A DNA stretch of 64,000 nt from Eledone cirrhosa. Taxonomy: Eukaryota. Below the pieces are notes generated by a model, which saw nothing but the letters and a program-made list of their open reading frames with translations, made no database searches and had not been told where the DNA came from. The translations under genes were made by a program, and so were the position numbers. Below are positions 13,416 through 27,358 of this stretch, piece by piece; positions within the stretch are counted from its first letter, which is position 1; every line of letters starts with the position of its first letter. The stretch is taken from positions 183,148,001 to 183,212,000 of the forward strand of contig OZ024741.1 in assembly GCA_964016885.1 (NCBI GenBank), read 5' to 3'.

Positions 13416-14429
13416 GTTTTAAGTGATAGTCAGGTTAGACGAGGCAGTGACTAAGATAAAATTCATACGGTGAAACCCTCTCTTAACATCTAAAACAATG
13501 CTCCTCAAAGTGGATTCTGTGAAAAAATTCTGGGTTTCATGAGATAAAATATGTTAAAGTCTGTCCCAATCCCAGAGGCCCACCAGGCGGGAGTTTATCC
13601 AGGTTTGATTGGCATTTAATTGATTGAGAGTACAAGACTCCTTCATAGACAGAGTTATCCCCACCCCACCCACCCAGTTCCTACTGGTATTCATTTTCAG
13701 CTGAGTGTTGACTGGAGCATGACAATATGATCATAAGTCCCAAACCCTAACCACTAGAGATAAAGAACCTAACCTAAGGGTAAGCAGCCTAATTCTGAGA
13801 CAAGGAGTCTTTTAATAAAATTTATTTATTTATTACTTTTTTATATGAATAAACCCTCTCTCAATTTTTAATTCATTTAATATCTTATTAAAATTTGAAT
13901 AGTGGGGATCATTTGTAAAATATAGGTTCTATGATTTTTGGAAAATTGTATAAGAGTTTGGCTACAAAATAATTTTGGGAAGCATTGATCTAAAACCAAA
14001 ACATGTGATTCAGTACATAAGCTTATAACAATGAATTCTGTTAAAGGTGCCCAGTTCTTCTGTTATTGAATCTAGTTGCTACTGCTAAAGATATTTAAAA
14101 TAGAAAAAAACTGAAAATGAGAAATTGGCAAATAAATTAAAAATTTTAATAAATATTGATTTAAAATGTAACATGTAATGAAAAAGATTAAAAAAAAAAA
14201 ACAATTTCAAGAAAAGAAAAAAATATAAGAAAAGAGAAAAACAAAAAAGAAAATAATAATAATTGTTTCTACTTTAGGCACAAGGTCAGCAATTACCCAG
14301 TACATTACTGGTACTTTATTTTATCGACCCTGTAAGCATGAAAGGTAAAGTTAACCTAATGATTTTTAATTTGTAAATATTTCACATAATAAATAGGAAA
14401 AAATAAAAAAATAAGATTGCAGAAAAATT

Positions 14430-14815
14430 ACTGCAAAGAACAGTCAGCAACACCTCATGGGGTTCCTTCTTCAGGTGTATGCACTCTTCTCAAATTCACT
14501 GAGAAAAACAGCAGTTCAGAGACCAACAATACTAGAGGTTTCAATAGCAGCTGGCACAATAAGGAAACAGTTGGTCTAGTCCTAGTATTTGGATATCTTC
14601 CATTCCTCTGTAAGTGCCCTGGTTTGTGGCCAAAGCAACAAGGTTAGAAGCAGGGAACATGTCACAGCACGTGACAGCCCAGATTTGATATTTAACCCCC
14701 ACCCCTTGAACGGGAAAAGGGTCATCTCGTCTAGGTGCTTACTGTCACCATAGTTGAGATCAACAGTCTCCACTTGTGATGGGAAACCAGTCCCATCAAG
14801 ACTGCTTCTGATGAT
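14430..14815 (+). pseudogene. Possible highly decayed Tx1-type ORF1 fragment
   Basis: Weak peptide resemblance (ISSIPL*VPWFVAKAT) to the ORF1 at 39669-39992. Confidence 0.25.
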
Positions 14816-15009
14816 ATTATTCAAGGCAGTGAAGTGAACTGTATTTTTTCTAATTTAGGCACAAGGCCAACAATTTTATCGACTACATTGACTCCAGTAC
14901 TTTCACAGGTTCTTTAGTTTATTGACTCTGGAATAATGGAAGATGGGATTTGAACACAGAATGTAAAGAGGCAGAACAAATGTTCAGAATAATCACATTC
15001 ACTTGAGTA

Positions 15010-18000
15010 ATCCTTGCTAGATTCACCTACCTTTTAACAAATGTACTGGGAGACAGGGGGTGGTGGGGGGAAGCACTTCCCTCTCCACTCTCACCCTCCT
15101 TTCCAAAAGAAGCTTGAAAAAGTTGATGAAGACTTGGCTGAAGTTCTTTCAGTCATGTCCACCACTCTTTTGCCACAGCCACCAGACAAAGGAAAACTGT
15201 CTACCCATATCAGCCAAAAAAGAAGGTAGTGGGTTGATCTTCAGGATGGAGTCAGGTGATAGCTGGATCTGTGGTACACATGACTATAGCTGTTTGATAA
15301 AACTCTATAAGTCAGCAGTACCTGGACATTGGATGAGTGCATGCAGAACAATTTTGTCGCTCTATGTGCATCTCGGACAGATCCATCTGACAGCACTTTT
15401 GTGCCTATAGAGTTTGTCTAAAACCGACAGTGATCCCCAGTAACACTTGTCTCCTGACCACAAGTTCTCCAGAATAGACTGTCGTTGGTGCCTAGAGTCT
15501 CTCTGAGAACATCGTCGCTGTTGCTCATCGTTATTCCTCTATAAAATGCTAGAGTGGAATTTCCACTGACTGTATTGCTTGATTGATAGAGGGCTGTGAG
15601 TGCCTGACAACATTCCAGATGCCATGTCTGTAGCCCAGTCAAAGAGATGAGGTGTGGAAAGATGTGCCTAACAAAGGGTGACCCCACTTGTTCATCAATA
15701 AGGAATATTTGGAGATGGATTAGTCTCAGCACATGTGTGTGTGTGCGCATCGCTCCATGTAAAGGGTATTGGCAGTAATGGACTACCTCACCAGTGGAAA
15801 CTGTCCATTCCACAAAAAGTGAAAGAGCAAGCATTTCAATCTAGTGAGGTGTGGACTAGGGCAAGGCACAGCAGTTATGTGGTAATAGATGATGGACATG
15901 ATGGACATGATGTATGCATTCACCACCTCCACCCAACATTTCAGAGATAGTTTCCTCTTGGTTCATTTCTGAGTAAGAGTGATGAACCTACTCACTACCT
16001 TGTCCCACTTCCTATCCTAATAGAGATCTGGATTGAACCAGAACCTGAGCAACTTGACTGGTTCATCTATTCAGCATCCAAAGATGCTGTTAAACAGCAT
16101 GGATTTGCCTCTCCAGCTGCCGAACTGAAAAACCCACGGACTTATCCGGGTTGATTTTTGCTCCTATTAACGTTTCATATTTCTCTAAGAAGTTGCCGAC
16201 CACTTTGATTTCTGAAGTGTTCGGTATCATCACGATAACATTGCCTGGATATGCTGACACAACCCTTCCATGATCTGGTTCGAGCAGGATGCTCTGCAAC
16301 AACTTCAGCTTCCGTAGTAATGGCTTGAAAGTCAGCGCATACAAAATTGAGGAGAAAGGGCATCTTTGACAAACTGAGCGCATTATCTAAAATTGTTCCA
16401 ATAGATGCCCATTTACTTTGACCATCAAGCAGATGCTGCTGTGCATTGCAGTGATCCAGCCTCTGAAGATGGGACTGAAGCCAGCTGCCTTGAGGCCAAC
16501 ATCCAGGTATCGATGGTTGACTCCACTGAAAGCTTTTGATTGATCCAAATTGATTAAAGCCCCACTGAAGCAAGATTTAATCCCTACTCTCTATATAATG
16601 TATCACATGAGGTGGAGCTTGTCATGTATGGACCTGGTCAAGATTGCATAAGTTTGCACCTCTCCTACCAGATTCTTGACAAGTGCCAACCTTGTTGCTA
16701 ACACTATGGCCAAAATTTTAAACTCTGTGCTTCGCATGAGTTATGGGTTGGTGATTATCAACCCAACTCTTGCTCTTGCCTTTCCTCATCAGCATTACTA
16801 TGCCCCTATTCACAGAACTTGGAATTCTGTTCTGCAGCTAGTTGCAGTAGACAGCTTCGAGGACATCTGAGAACAAATCTTCATAAAACTTGTTGGGCAG
16901 ACCATCCAAACTAAATGATTAGTGCCTCGTACAGCCAGCCAGGGCTTCTTGTATCTCGGCTGCTGTTGTTGGTTTTTTTTTGCAGCACTCTGCACCAGCC
17001 ATCGAGAGTTGTGGCAGGCTATCAAGGTAGGGACTAGTCTGCTACCATTTCCGACCCTCAAACAGTCATGCAAAGTGTGACTGAAAAGCCACACACATCT
17101 GCTTAGAATCAAGCAGTATGTGCCCATCATGGTCTGTCAAAGACCAAATTTGTTGTCTGCCACTCAGGCCCATTAAACACCTTTTGTTCCCTCAGTTCTT
17201 AGAACATGCACCTTAGCTCTGGCAATGCAATCTTCCTGTTTCACATTAAAGAAATGGTCTAGTATTATTCTCTCAACTAGCATGTCGGTTGCAATGCCAC
17301 TCCTAATCGCCTCGTCTAATTTAACTACCAACTCTCCTTCTGTTCTATTTTTTCTATCGCAATTTCTTTAGTAAATGCCATTGATTCTACTCTAATCACT
17401 CCCATGAGAGTGACCCATCACCTTTTGTTGATGACAACTCCTGAACTAATGAACTAATCTGGATTTGTAGGCTTTACATGCCAGGAATGATGCATTAAGC
17501 TTCCAGTAACTGGGTCCCTGTCAATGTATTCTCTCTAGGTTGATCATGCAGATCACAAATTTGTGCTCTGAATAGGTGACCATTTGAAATTGTGGGCACC
17601 CTATACTATCCCTATCTGCTAACCTAATAAAAACCTATCATCATCATCATCATCATTTTATGTCCGCTTTTCCCTGCTTGCAAGGGGGGTGGGGACTGAT
17701 TCTGGCTTGATTTCTACAGCTGGATGCCCTTCTTAACACCAACCTCATTTACAGTGAGTACTGGGTGCTTTTTTTTCCCGTGGCATCTACACGTCCACTT
17801 TACAGAGTGGGCTGGGTGCTTTTTTGCCATGGCACCTCCACGACCACTTTGCAGTGGAATGATAGGGACCCCAGTCCCTATCATCTCATTTCTACAGCTG
17901 AGTAAACTGGAGAATGTGAAATAAAGTGTCTTGCTCAAGGAAACAACACATCACTCGGTCCGAGAATTGAACTCACAACCTTTCGATTGCAAGGCCAATG

Positions 18001-18145
18001 CTCTAACCACTAAGCCATGTGCCCCCTAAATACGATTTAGATGGCTCTATGTAATTAGTCCAGGTCCACACTGGCACATTTGGGAAATCTAGTCGGTACT
18101 TGTCAGACAGTTGAAACTGCTTGATCAGGTTCTTGAGGCTTTTGT
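15010..18145 (-). mobile_element. Decayed L1/Tx1-clade LINE ORF2, interrupted by a SINE
   Basis: SVCQRCPFSSILYALTFKPLLRKL, GAKINPDKSVG, WHLECCQALTALYQ; colinear with 29880-32730; resumes at 18025-18145 after the SINE. Confidence 0.85.
17637..18024 (-). mobile_element. tRNA-derived SINE with RTE-derived 3' tail
   Basis: Head GGCACATGGCTTAGTGGTTAGAGC...GAGTTCAATTC; TTGAGCAAGACACTTTATTTCAC; GAAGGGCATCCAGCTGTAGAAA; tail as in the RTE 3' end. Confidence 0.9.
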
Positions 18146-18239
18146 ACCTGCTGCCACTTCAACCAGATTTTCTCACTCTCCCAGCGTAGTGGTAGTAGTA
18201 GCCAGCCAAATTTAGCATGATACCTGGTCATCGGGTGCC

Positions 18240-18435
18240 TTAATCCCTTAGCATTTAAACCGGCCATATCTGGCCAGAATTCTCTCACCTCTTTCTGTTC
18301 AAACTGGCTGTAACTGGCCTCACATACTGATGTTAAGGTATTGTTCTCAAAATAAATAACATAAAAATCTCATAGATTCGATATTATGCGAGATACAATA
18401 GTATATATAGAGTAATGTAAATAATGATGGGTTAA
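18240..18435. mobile_element. TTAA-flanked piggyBac-like MITE
   Basis: TTAA-TCCC...GGG-TTAA termini; related inverted copy at about 20519-20735. Confidence 0.55.
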
Positions 18436-18496
18436 GTGAAGTGCACTCTGTTTGAACCAGACACAGTACCTTCACTGTGCAGTATTTTCTTTCAGA

Positions 18497-19218
18497 GGGA
18501 GAAATACGTATGCAGTAGATGTACAGGGAAATTAGACAGTAGAAGTCGCACTGATAGACACATTTTTCAAATGCAGGAGGGCGCTATAGAAGTGGTGGAT
18601 AGCTTCCAGTTCCTAGGAGATCAGATTAGCATGAGAGGAGGGTGTTCCGAGGCCATAGTATCTAGAATAAGGATGGGTTGGAAGAAGTTTAGGGAGCTGC
18701 TTCCTCTGTTGACGAAGAAGGGTTTCTTCCTGCGTACGAAAGGCCGGTTGTATGATGCCTGTGTGAGGAGCGCGATGCTGCATGGTAGTGAGACATGGGC
18801 AGCTACCGCAGAGGATATGCGACAGCTGGAGAGAAATGAGGCAAGCATGCTCCGTTGGATGTGCAGTGTAAATGTGCATGAACGACCCAGCATAAATGTG
18901 TTGAGAGAGAAACTGTGTCTGAGAGGGATAGAATGTAGTCTACGGGAGAGGAGACTGAGGTGGTATGGACATGTGATGCGCATGGAGGATGACTGATGGG
19001 TGAAGAAGTGCCAGGAATTGCCAGTTGAAGGAAGACGTGGTAGAGGTAGACCACAAAAAACATGGGCGGAGGTGGTGAGAACAGACCTCAGATCATTGAA
19101 GCTCACGGTGGAGATGACGAGGGACCGTGATGAGTGGAGAGATGCTATGCTGAATAAGACCCGTCCCACCCTTGCAAGCAGGGAAAAGCGGACGTAAAAT
19201 GATGATGATGATGATGAT
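18497..19218 (+). mobile_element. 5'-truncated RTE LINE
   Basis: IEVVDSFQFLGD, RIRMGWKKFRELLPLL, MLHGSETW, RLRWYGHV; (ATG)n tail. Confidence 0.95.
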
Positions 19219-20518
19219 AACGATTTATAGATATTAGGGCTGGGTACTGCTGCATCATTCTCACCAGCCAGGGAGGACAAAGCGGGCTTGCCTAGGCTGT
19301 GGATACTCTCACATCATTATCCTATCAAGGTTAACTTTGTCTTTCATCTTTTCAGGTCTGATAAAAAAAAGTACCAATTCAGGGTGATGAATTGGCAGAA
19401 TTGTTATAACATCAGATAAGTACCTTGCAGTATTTGTTCTGGTTCTTTGCATTCTGAGAACATGGATGGTAGACTTAATCAGTCACTCAGTTTAACATAT
19501 GGTAGTAGTGGTAGCAGGGTTGAATTTACAGGAAGATTTGGCTGTTATTTCTAACAAGTCAAGACAATACAGACGCTCCTTCATTGGCTTATTGTTTATG
19601 TTGTTGTTTTTCTAGATATTGGTGTCATAGTAAATATATTGTAATTGTTGAGACATATAAAAGCAATGTAGCAGTATCATCTTTATCAGTAGTAGTGGTA
19701 GTGGAAACATGGAAGCAGTCCTAGTACAGTAGCAGCTGCTAAGTCATGCTGCAGTTGTAGAAGTTGATTTACCTAGTCCTTAAATATCTTTAGTGGAGTT
19801 TGTTCTATTGTAAGCATTCAGACCAGGTTTCTGGCTTAAGGATAATGTCTTCCTTTTTTCCAACCAGTCATGGAGGCTTTGAAAAAAAAAATGGTAAGAA
19901 AAAATAACTGATTAACATTGGTTAAAAATAAAATTTGACTAAATTATATATAAAAGCATTTTCTCACAGCAATCAGCAAGGGATTGGCATACTATCCAGA
20001 TGAAATATTAATTCTCATCTACATAACATCAAACAGTCAGAGCTAAGTACTGGTCTGTATTTAGGCTTAGCTAAGTGCAGGCTCTCAAGTTGTATGAGTG
20101 ATTTAAATTTCATAATTAGATGAACTAAGGAAGGTAGAATTTAGACAAACTTGGTTATCAATCACCAAGCTAGCTCCACAATACTCAAATAATGATTTCT
20201 AGTATAGGCACAAGGCCAGTAATTTGGAGGTAGGGGAAAGTTGATAAAATTACTGGTGCTTTGAAAGGAGATACACTTAACTGTGGTACCTGAATCTTTT
20301 GCCAGTGAAGTGGTACAGATAGAGAACTGTGCTGGCTATGGCTACAATAAAGGTAAGCTAGTGAAAGAATTTGAAGAACAAAACCTTCACCTGATAGTCT
20401 GATGGCCAGCTGTGACTATTGTAGTAAAGTAAGAAAGAAAACAGATCCTTCATCATTTCGATGATATGAGTATTCCAGTTGTTTGATTAACTCAATTACA
20501 TACTGATTGAAGTATAAT

Positions 20519-20736
20519 TTAACCCTTTAGTATTTACATTAATCTATATTTACTATTGTATTTTCACAGTAAACATTTTCCTTAAATAATTATCTCACAT
20601 CATATCGAATCTACGAGGTTTTGATATTATTTATTTTGAGAACAATACCTTAACATAAGTATGAGCAGCTGGTTACAGCTGTTTTGAATAGAAAGAGACG
20701 AGGGAATTCTGGTCGGATAGCTGGTTTAAATGTTAA
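20519..20736. mobile_element. piggyBac-like MITE, truncated at the CR1 tail
   Basis: TTAACCCTTTAG start; internal similarity to 18244-18431 in the opposite orientation. Confidence 0.5.
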
Positions 20737-20739
20737 AAT

Positions 20740-23700
20740 AATGAATGAATGAAATTATTGTGTACAGTGTTCAGGTGCACTACAACTCCTCAAAGGTGCA
20801 TGTATAGTACATAGAATAATATACAAATGTCAGGAAAGTGAACAGTGTATGAGTCATAATATACATGTGTGCGTGTGTATGGAGGCAGGATATCAGGTGT
20901 AATGTTGGTGAATTTCAGGAAGCATGGAGGTTTTAAAGGATGCAGTATCTCGAAAGCTAACAACTGATGCAGTTAGTTTGTTCCATGCTTCAGCAACTCT
21001 GAGCATGAAAAAATGTTTCCAAAAGTCATGGGAGCTGTGCTGTTTTCTGACTTTGTAGGCATGCCCACATGTGTTAGACACATGGAAATCAAAAAGGTGC
21101 TCAGGGTTGTTGTTGGCAAGATGGTTAATCATTTTGTGGGTATTTACCAAGTTAGTTGCCAGACATCAGAGCTTCGATGTATCCATGCTTCCATGACTGT
21201 AATGAAGCAACGTGTTCAGAGTATGGTAGATGCCTGATGGAGGGTATTCGCTTGGTTGTGCGTCTCTGAACAGTTTCCAGGAGGTCAATATTCTGAGCAA
21301 GATAGGGGTTTCAGACTAGTGATGCAAATTCTAAGTGTGGCTGCACCATGGCTATATACAGCTTTAAATAAATAGCTGACAAAGGTCTTGCTGAGTGATG
21401 TTAAGACACGCTCGGCTTTCTTGACAATTTTACAGACGTGCTTTGTCCAATGCAAATCGCTGCTGACAGTAATGCCCAGGTCACGTTCACAAGAAGACTT
21501 CTTGATATTAGTATTGTGAAGGGAGTATGTGGACGCTGGGTTTTTCCTCCCAAAATCCACAGCCAGCTTGAGTTGCCAGTCTGTGATCCATTGCTGCATT
21601 GTGTCCAGGTCTGATTGCAGGAAAAATCTAGTGTTCATTTTATCTCACGGTAAAGCTTGATGTCATCTGCATATTTCAGTACTGTGGCATTCTTTAAGTT
21701 GGCATCTATGTCATTAATCTATGCCACAAACAAAAGGGGACCAAGAACAGATCCCTGTGGTACACCAGATGACATCTCATACGGTGAAAAATGCTGTCCT
21801 AGAACCGTGACTACCTCTCTTCGACTAAGTTCAACCAGTTAAAAAGATCATCCTTCACACCCATTGCAGAGAGTTTTGCCATAAGTGTGTGGCACAGAAT
21901 TAAAAGCTTTAGCAAAGTCAAGGTAAACAACATCTACCCATGAGCCACCATCAGTGATCTGGGTGATGTCTTCAAGAAACTTGATAAGTTGATCACAGCA
22001 GCTGGAGTTAGGGATAAATCCAAATTGCGAGGGCCAGATAAGACTGAGAATTCCAGAAATTCCAAAGTGTTTCTCTGACACAGGATTCCATCAGTTTAAC
22101 AATGCAGCTAATAAGACTGACTGACGATAGTTGACAGGCAATGTGCGGTCACCCTTTTTGAACAGACAAATGACACTGGCAGTTTTCCACTGCTCTGGAG
22201 TAGCACCGTTGTTAAGACAGAATTGAAAGAAGAATAATAGCTGGTACAGAAAGAAGTACCCACCATGTTTGAGAAGCAGGTATGTAACACCATTAACACC
22301 AGGAGAGGCATGGTTGCATTTATTCTTAAGGTGATGTTGCAGCATTACAGGTGTAAATTCCATAGTTGTTATAGAATTTGATGTCAGAGGTGGTGGAGAT
22401 GGTACATTTTGGTTTTCAACAGTGAAAATGCCTGCATGCAGTTTGTATTTACGTTCAACATTACACCATTCTTTCCTGGCAAGTCGGACTGCTGCAGTCT
22501 CCCAAATTGCACTTTTGGGATGTTTTTTCTGCTTACATAGCACTGATGCTGCACATGCTGTCCATATTGAGTTCAGGATGTTCTGGAGTACAGTGTTGAC
22601 ATCTCCAGAGTCGTAAAACTCAAGCCAGTTTGGGCGTTGCCGCTTGGTGCAGTAATATTTCCAGTCTGCTTTATTCCTGTCAAAGTAAGCAGTTTGGAGA
22701 TGGCTGTGGTTTTTGTTACTGCCCATAAGGGACAGATTAGCAATGATCATAGCATGATCAGAGTCACCTAAAGGTTCCTCAGTAGTAACACTAATAACCA
22801 TTTCAGGAGTAGTGGTGAAGAGTAGATCCAAAGTGTTGTCACCTCTTGTTGGGGAAGTGACTACTTGGGATCAGTTCGAGTCCAGCACTAGTTCAAGAAG
22901 ATCATTTGCACTTTGCAGCCATCGAAAGGTTTCCTAATCAATCTCAGGGTGATTGAAGTCCCCTGCAATAAAAACATAAGTGGATGTTTTCCTGGCAGCA
23001 GCTCTGAGGATATCACAAAGCTGTGTGTCCTGATAGTAATTTGGGGGGGGGGGGGGGGGGGGGGGGGGTTAAACAACTCCAAGTAGTGGTCATACGTATA
23101 TCGCAAAAAATTACTTATTGTTGTGATTGGTTCAAATCACCGCAAGGTTTTGTTGAAAAGTTTGAATGAACGTAGACTATTACACCACCACCACGATGAT
23201 TAATGCGGTCTTTGCGAAACAAGTTGTAGCCAGCTATGCTGAAAACCCCATCATAGAGTAAGGAATGTGCCCATGTTTCCATGACTGTAATGAAATCAGG
23301 GTCGATACTTTTGACATAAGAATCAAAAAGATGTATCTTGTTACATAGACTAAGAGCATTTAAGGACAACAATTTGTATCTTGATTTCAGTTTATGATGA
23401 TGTGCAGGGGATGGCACATTGTTCTGGTTTAGTTTCCCACAGTTTTTTCAGTTTTTTCATTGCCAGCTATTGTGGGTACAGTGTGTTTAGACCAGCTGGT
23501 ATCTCTTTTCCATGTTTCACCAGTCTTAATAAACTTCCATATCTGCCCATCATCGTGTAGGCTGAAGCTTTCATGTTGTGCTGAGTTGTGATTTAAGGAA
23601 GCTGCAGCATGTAGCTTTGGATGTACATCAGGTGGAAGGCCAGGGCATGTTTGGAAGGCAATCCGATTTTCACGCCTAGCTTTATCAGAGGCTAAAAGAT

Positions 23701-24200
23701 ATGAATGTGCCTCAGTAGAGTTTGAAAAAGTCAGCCTAATTAGTCTGGACCTGGTTGGCCAAGGCGGAGAGCACCCTTTGGAGGAGCACAGCCTAGGTCT
23801 TTGGATGAGCTGGCAGCAAATGTCTGAAGATCAGCTATGACCTCTGATACACCAATGGCAATCATTTTGTGGTTTACAGATTCAGTGGCTTTCTCAATGC
23901 GTCTAGATTCGACAAGAGCTATGGGGAGACTTTTTAGCAACGCACTCCGGTAAGATCCCTCATTGTGCGGTTCTACACGAATGCTTGATTTGATTCCTGC
24001 TATTTCTCGGCTTAAAGCAGAAATCATATACAGTATTTCCACAAACTCTGTATTGATGGTTGATTTTTGTTGTTGTTGTTGTTCTTCTTCAACAGGAATG
24101 GTAGAGGAAGACAGGGTTAAGTGGCTGATTAAACTGCAGACACCATTAATATAATTCTGAGGTAGCCTTAGAATGACATAGTGTGTGACTAGGCTGTACA
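20740..24200 (-). mobile_element. Near full-length decayed CR1-clade LINE (ORF1, APE-RT ORF2)
   Basis: LLSLNALSLCNK, ITVMETW, LFRKDRINHRGGGV, LGDSDHAMI (APE); VDVVYLDFAKAFNSVPH, LQSDLD, ERDLGITVSSDL, RVAEAWNKL (CR1 RT and C-terminus); (ATTC)n tail; ORF1-like 23740-24201. Confidence 0.9.
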
Positions 24201-25559
24201 TGTATATATGTGGTTAGGTGATGGTTTCACTTTTTCCATCCCCAGAGATATGTTGCCTGATTTACTCACCAATTATTTATTGTTAACAATAATTATTATG
24301 GTCATTTTTGCATTGGAATAACTATATTCTAAATTTCAAATTCTCTTTATGCATCTGGTTGTTTACACTTCTAGTCAATGGTTGTTTACACTTCTAGCTA
24401 TATGTTAATAAGGTTGAACCCAAAACCATGTTACTGAAAAGTGAATTCTTTAATTACACAGCCATGCCTGTACCTATCATCTTTATTTGACATCTGTTTT
24501 TCCATGGTGGTATGGGTTGTGCAAGTTATCATGGTCCAAATTAATTTTTTATCTGGAACTATTCTCTTCGTAGACAGCTGTGGTAATCTAGTCTTTTTCC
24601 AAGATTGCTTTGTTCAATGTGTCTTTTCCCAAGAAAGCGGTGAATTGGCAGAGTTTTTAAGGCGTTCGTTGGATTAAAATCTGAGTTAAAATCCTGCCCA
24701 AGTCAACTTTGCCTTTCATCCTTTCCAGGTCAATAAATAAAGTACCAGTTCATTCTCTCTTTCTCTTTGGAAAGAATCGACTCTGTCCTAACATGGAAAG
24801 GGATGAATTCTGCCAAATTTAAAATGCTCAAGACATGCTATTTGTCAAGAATGTGCCCCTATGATTCCTCCAAGAATTAAGGGCTCCTTTCTTTTTTATT
24901 TCTTTTCTTTTTCTAAGAAGGTAGTTGTGGTGGTGGTGGTGGTGGTGAAGTTATATTTGCAGGGAGATTTGGCTACTATTTCTAGCAGGTCAAGAGACTA
25001 TAAAGCAGCTCCCATGATCATGTTGTTACTGGTGCTATAGTAAACATATTGTATTAGTTGTTTCATATAAAAGAATTGTAGCAGTGTTAGCAGCAGTAGT
25101 GCTAGAGGAAGCATGGAAGCAGTCCTAGTGCAGCAGCAACTGCTAAATCATGCTGCAGCTGCAGCAGTTGATTTTTTTTCAGCGGTTATTCTGAATGATC
25201 AGTTGTCATGGCAAGAGAATATCTAGTAGCAGCTGTGTTGCTATAGCAACAGTTCTGTCAGCTACTATAATAAATGATGAGAGGAAACCTCAATGTAATT
25301 ACTTAGCTTGTTAGATATAGCAACAAAGACTCCCCTAAAAATCACACATTGCTGTCTTAAGTGATTACATGCATGCATGGGTCTATACTCCTAATGGAGT
25401 TGTAGGGACATTGTTGTGACATTCGATGTGACTTGGGCATTTTAAACCTGGTGGAGCCCATCCCCTCTTCATATCTGAACACGGTTGAATTCTCCCAGAT
25501 CTATCTATCTATCTATAAATAAAGAAATATATCTATATATGTATGTGTGTATTTCGTTT

Positions 25560-25880
25560 CTGAATTTGTTTAGCAAGATTCTTTATCTGAAAACGTGTGT
25601 TGAAACCGATATTGTTATACTTTGGGAGGGTCATGTTGCCAATAAGAAACACACGCACCAGTTGCTTTCACTTCAAATTATTATAATAAATTTATAAATT
25701 TAGGAATTTATAAATTTCCGGTTGGTTGGTTGGTTGGTTCCACAACCAGATGGTTGTTTATATATTGTCAAAGTTCTTTCGTCACACATTCTGTGACCTC
25801 TTCAGTGACTGGGGATTCTTTTCTTTGTTTTTGTGCCTCTCCTTTGTTCTGTCCTACGCCATCTTGTTTCTGTGTGTGTG
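25560..25880 (-). mobile_element. Non-coding hammerhead-bearing repeat (PLE pseudo-LTR-like)
   Basis: 25613-25880 closely matches 55324-55560; bounded by microsatellites. Confidence 0.65.
25767..25809 (-). ncRNA. Minimal type I hammerhead ribozyme (family C)
   Basis: gtca-CTGAAGA-gGTCACAgaatgTGTGAC-GAAA-gaac-TT-tgac; all three stems pair. Confidence 0.8.
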
Positions 25881-25931
<51 letters not shown>

Positions 25932-26004
25932 ATAATAAATGTGAAGACTAAAATACAAAGAGGGCTCAATAAAGATTATATAAATATATAATAATAAAAT
26001 ATGT

Positions 26005-26250
26005 AATAATAATTGTTTCTACTTTAGGCACAAGGCCAGCAATTTGAAGGGGTGGGGAAAGTCGATTAAATTGACCCCAGTGTATTACTGGTGCTTTATT
26101 TTATCGACCCCGTAAGGATGAAAGGCAAAGCTAACCTCGGCAGGATTTGAACACAGAACGTAAAGGCCCGTAATTCTATGCCGCAAAGCATGTTGTTCGA
26201 CGCTCTACCGATACTGCCAATCCACTGCCCTTAAAAAATATAATAATAAT
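26005..26250 (-). mobile_element. Full-length tRNA-derived SINE (Meta-like domain)
   Basis: Reverse complement of the units at 11420-12220. Confidence 0.85.
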
Positions 26251-26304
26251 CAAAGCAGCGATTCTTTGCTTAAACTTTAATCTGTTCTTATATATATATA
26301 TTCA

Positions 26305-27340
26305 TCCTCTCCCACGACTCCACCCAGCTCTCATCCTTGTTCTTGTCCCTGCTGCAATACTTGCCCCCTCACCACTCTCACAGGCCCTAACGGGTCTTTC
26401 TGTATCCGCCACTCTTTCACCTGCACATTAAAACCATGTTGTCTATGCCTCTGGTATTCCCTTTGTGGGTTTTTATACATCGGACAAACGGGACGCCGTA
26501 TGGCGGACCATTTTGCTGAGCATTTGAGGGACATACGACTCGGTTTGGATACTCCTGTCGCCCATCATTTCTGTTCTCTTGGTCATTCTTCCCTACATGT
26601 TTCAGTCCTGGGTGTCCTTTTACATCATAGATCACAGGTCTCGCGCACCGGGACTGAACAGAGTCTGATTCACTACCTTGGGTCCTATTTCCCTCTTGGA
26701 CTCAACTCACCTCCACAATTTCTTTACTACCCCATCCATTATCACACGCGCTTGTACATTCATCCCTAGATTCCTATCGCTCTCTCATGATCATTAACAT
26801 CTTCTCTTACAACTAATACAGACCAACTAAATATGCTCACTCCACTTTTACCTTCACTGCTCTGTATACACACATACACACCCTTATATTAACATACTTT
26901 TGCTCATAGCTTCGTACTTACATATACTCTTTTACTTACATATACACACACATCTCTTCTTAGCTTCGTACAGACATATGATAACACACACTTACACACA
27001 TGCATACACACATTTTACAAAACGTTTTTTTTTTCCATTTCAGGAAGACACACTCCATCATCTACTTTTCTAAAAAATAAATCATACACAAAATGCCAGC
27101 ACCAACAGTTTTGCAAGAGATGTCAACATGAATGGACTCGTTATTTTTATCTAAAGCCATTTCTTCCAATTCCAACCCGCCCGTCCCTTCAATCTATCTT
27201 ATTTCTCATTCTTCCTTCTGATGAAGGACTAGTGTCTGAAACGTTAAGACCCTCTTTCTGCTATTTCAAGCGTTAACCTAATATATTCCTTCCATATACT
27301 GTACCGATTGTGTTGTTATTTCTGTTTACCTTTTACATAT
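26305..27340 (+). mobile_element. 5'-truncated Penelope-like element: GIY-YIG endonuclease plus 3' pseudo-LTR
   Basis: CNTCP...IRHSFTC...CGFLYIGQTGRRMADHFAEHLRDIRLGLDTPVAHHF...EQSLIHYLGSYFPLGLN; hammerhead in the 3' region. Confidence 0.9.
27215..27248 (+). ncRNA. Minimal type I hammerhead ribozyme (family D)
   Basis: ctt-CTGATGA-aGGACtagtGTCT-GAAA-cg-TT-aag; palindromic AACGTT stem III as in PLE dimeric hammerheads. Confidence 0.8.
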
Positions 27341-27358
27341 ATACATATATATATATAT

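Noticed and set aside
17950-18024. tRNA-like A/B boxes here and in similar copies
   Set aside because: They are SINE heads fused to SINE bodies, not tRNA genes.
25572-25605. CTGAAAA...GAAA possible plus-strand hammerhead
   Set aside because: Core mismatch and no convincing stems I and II.
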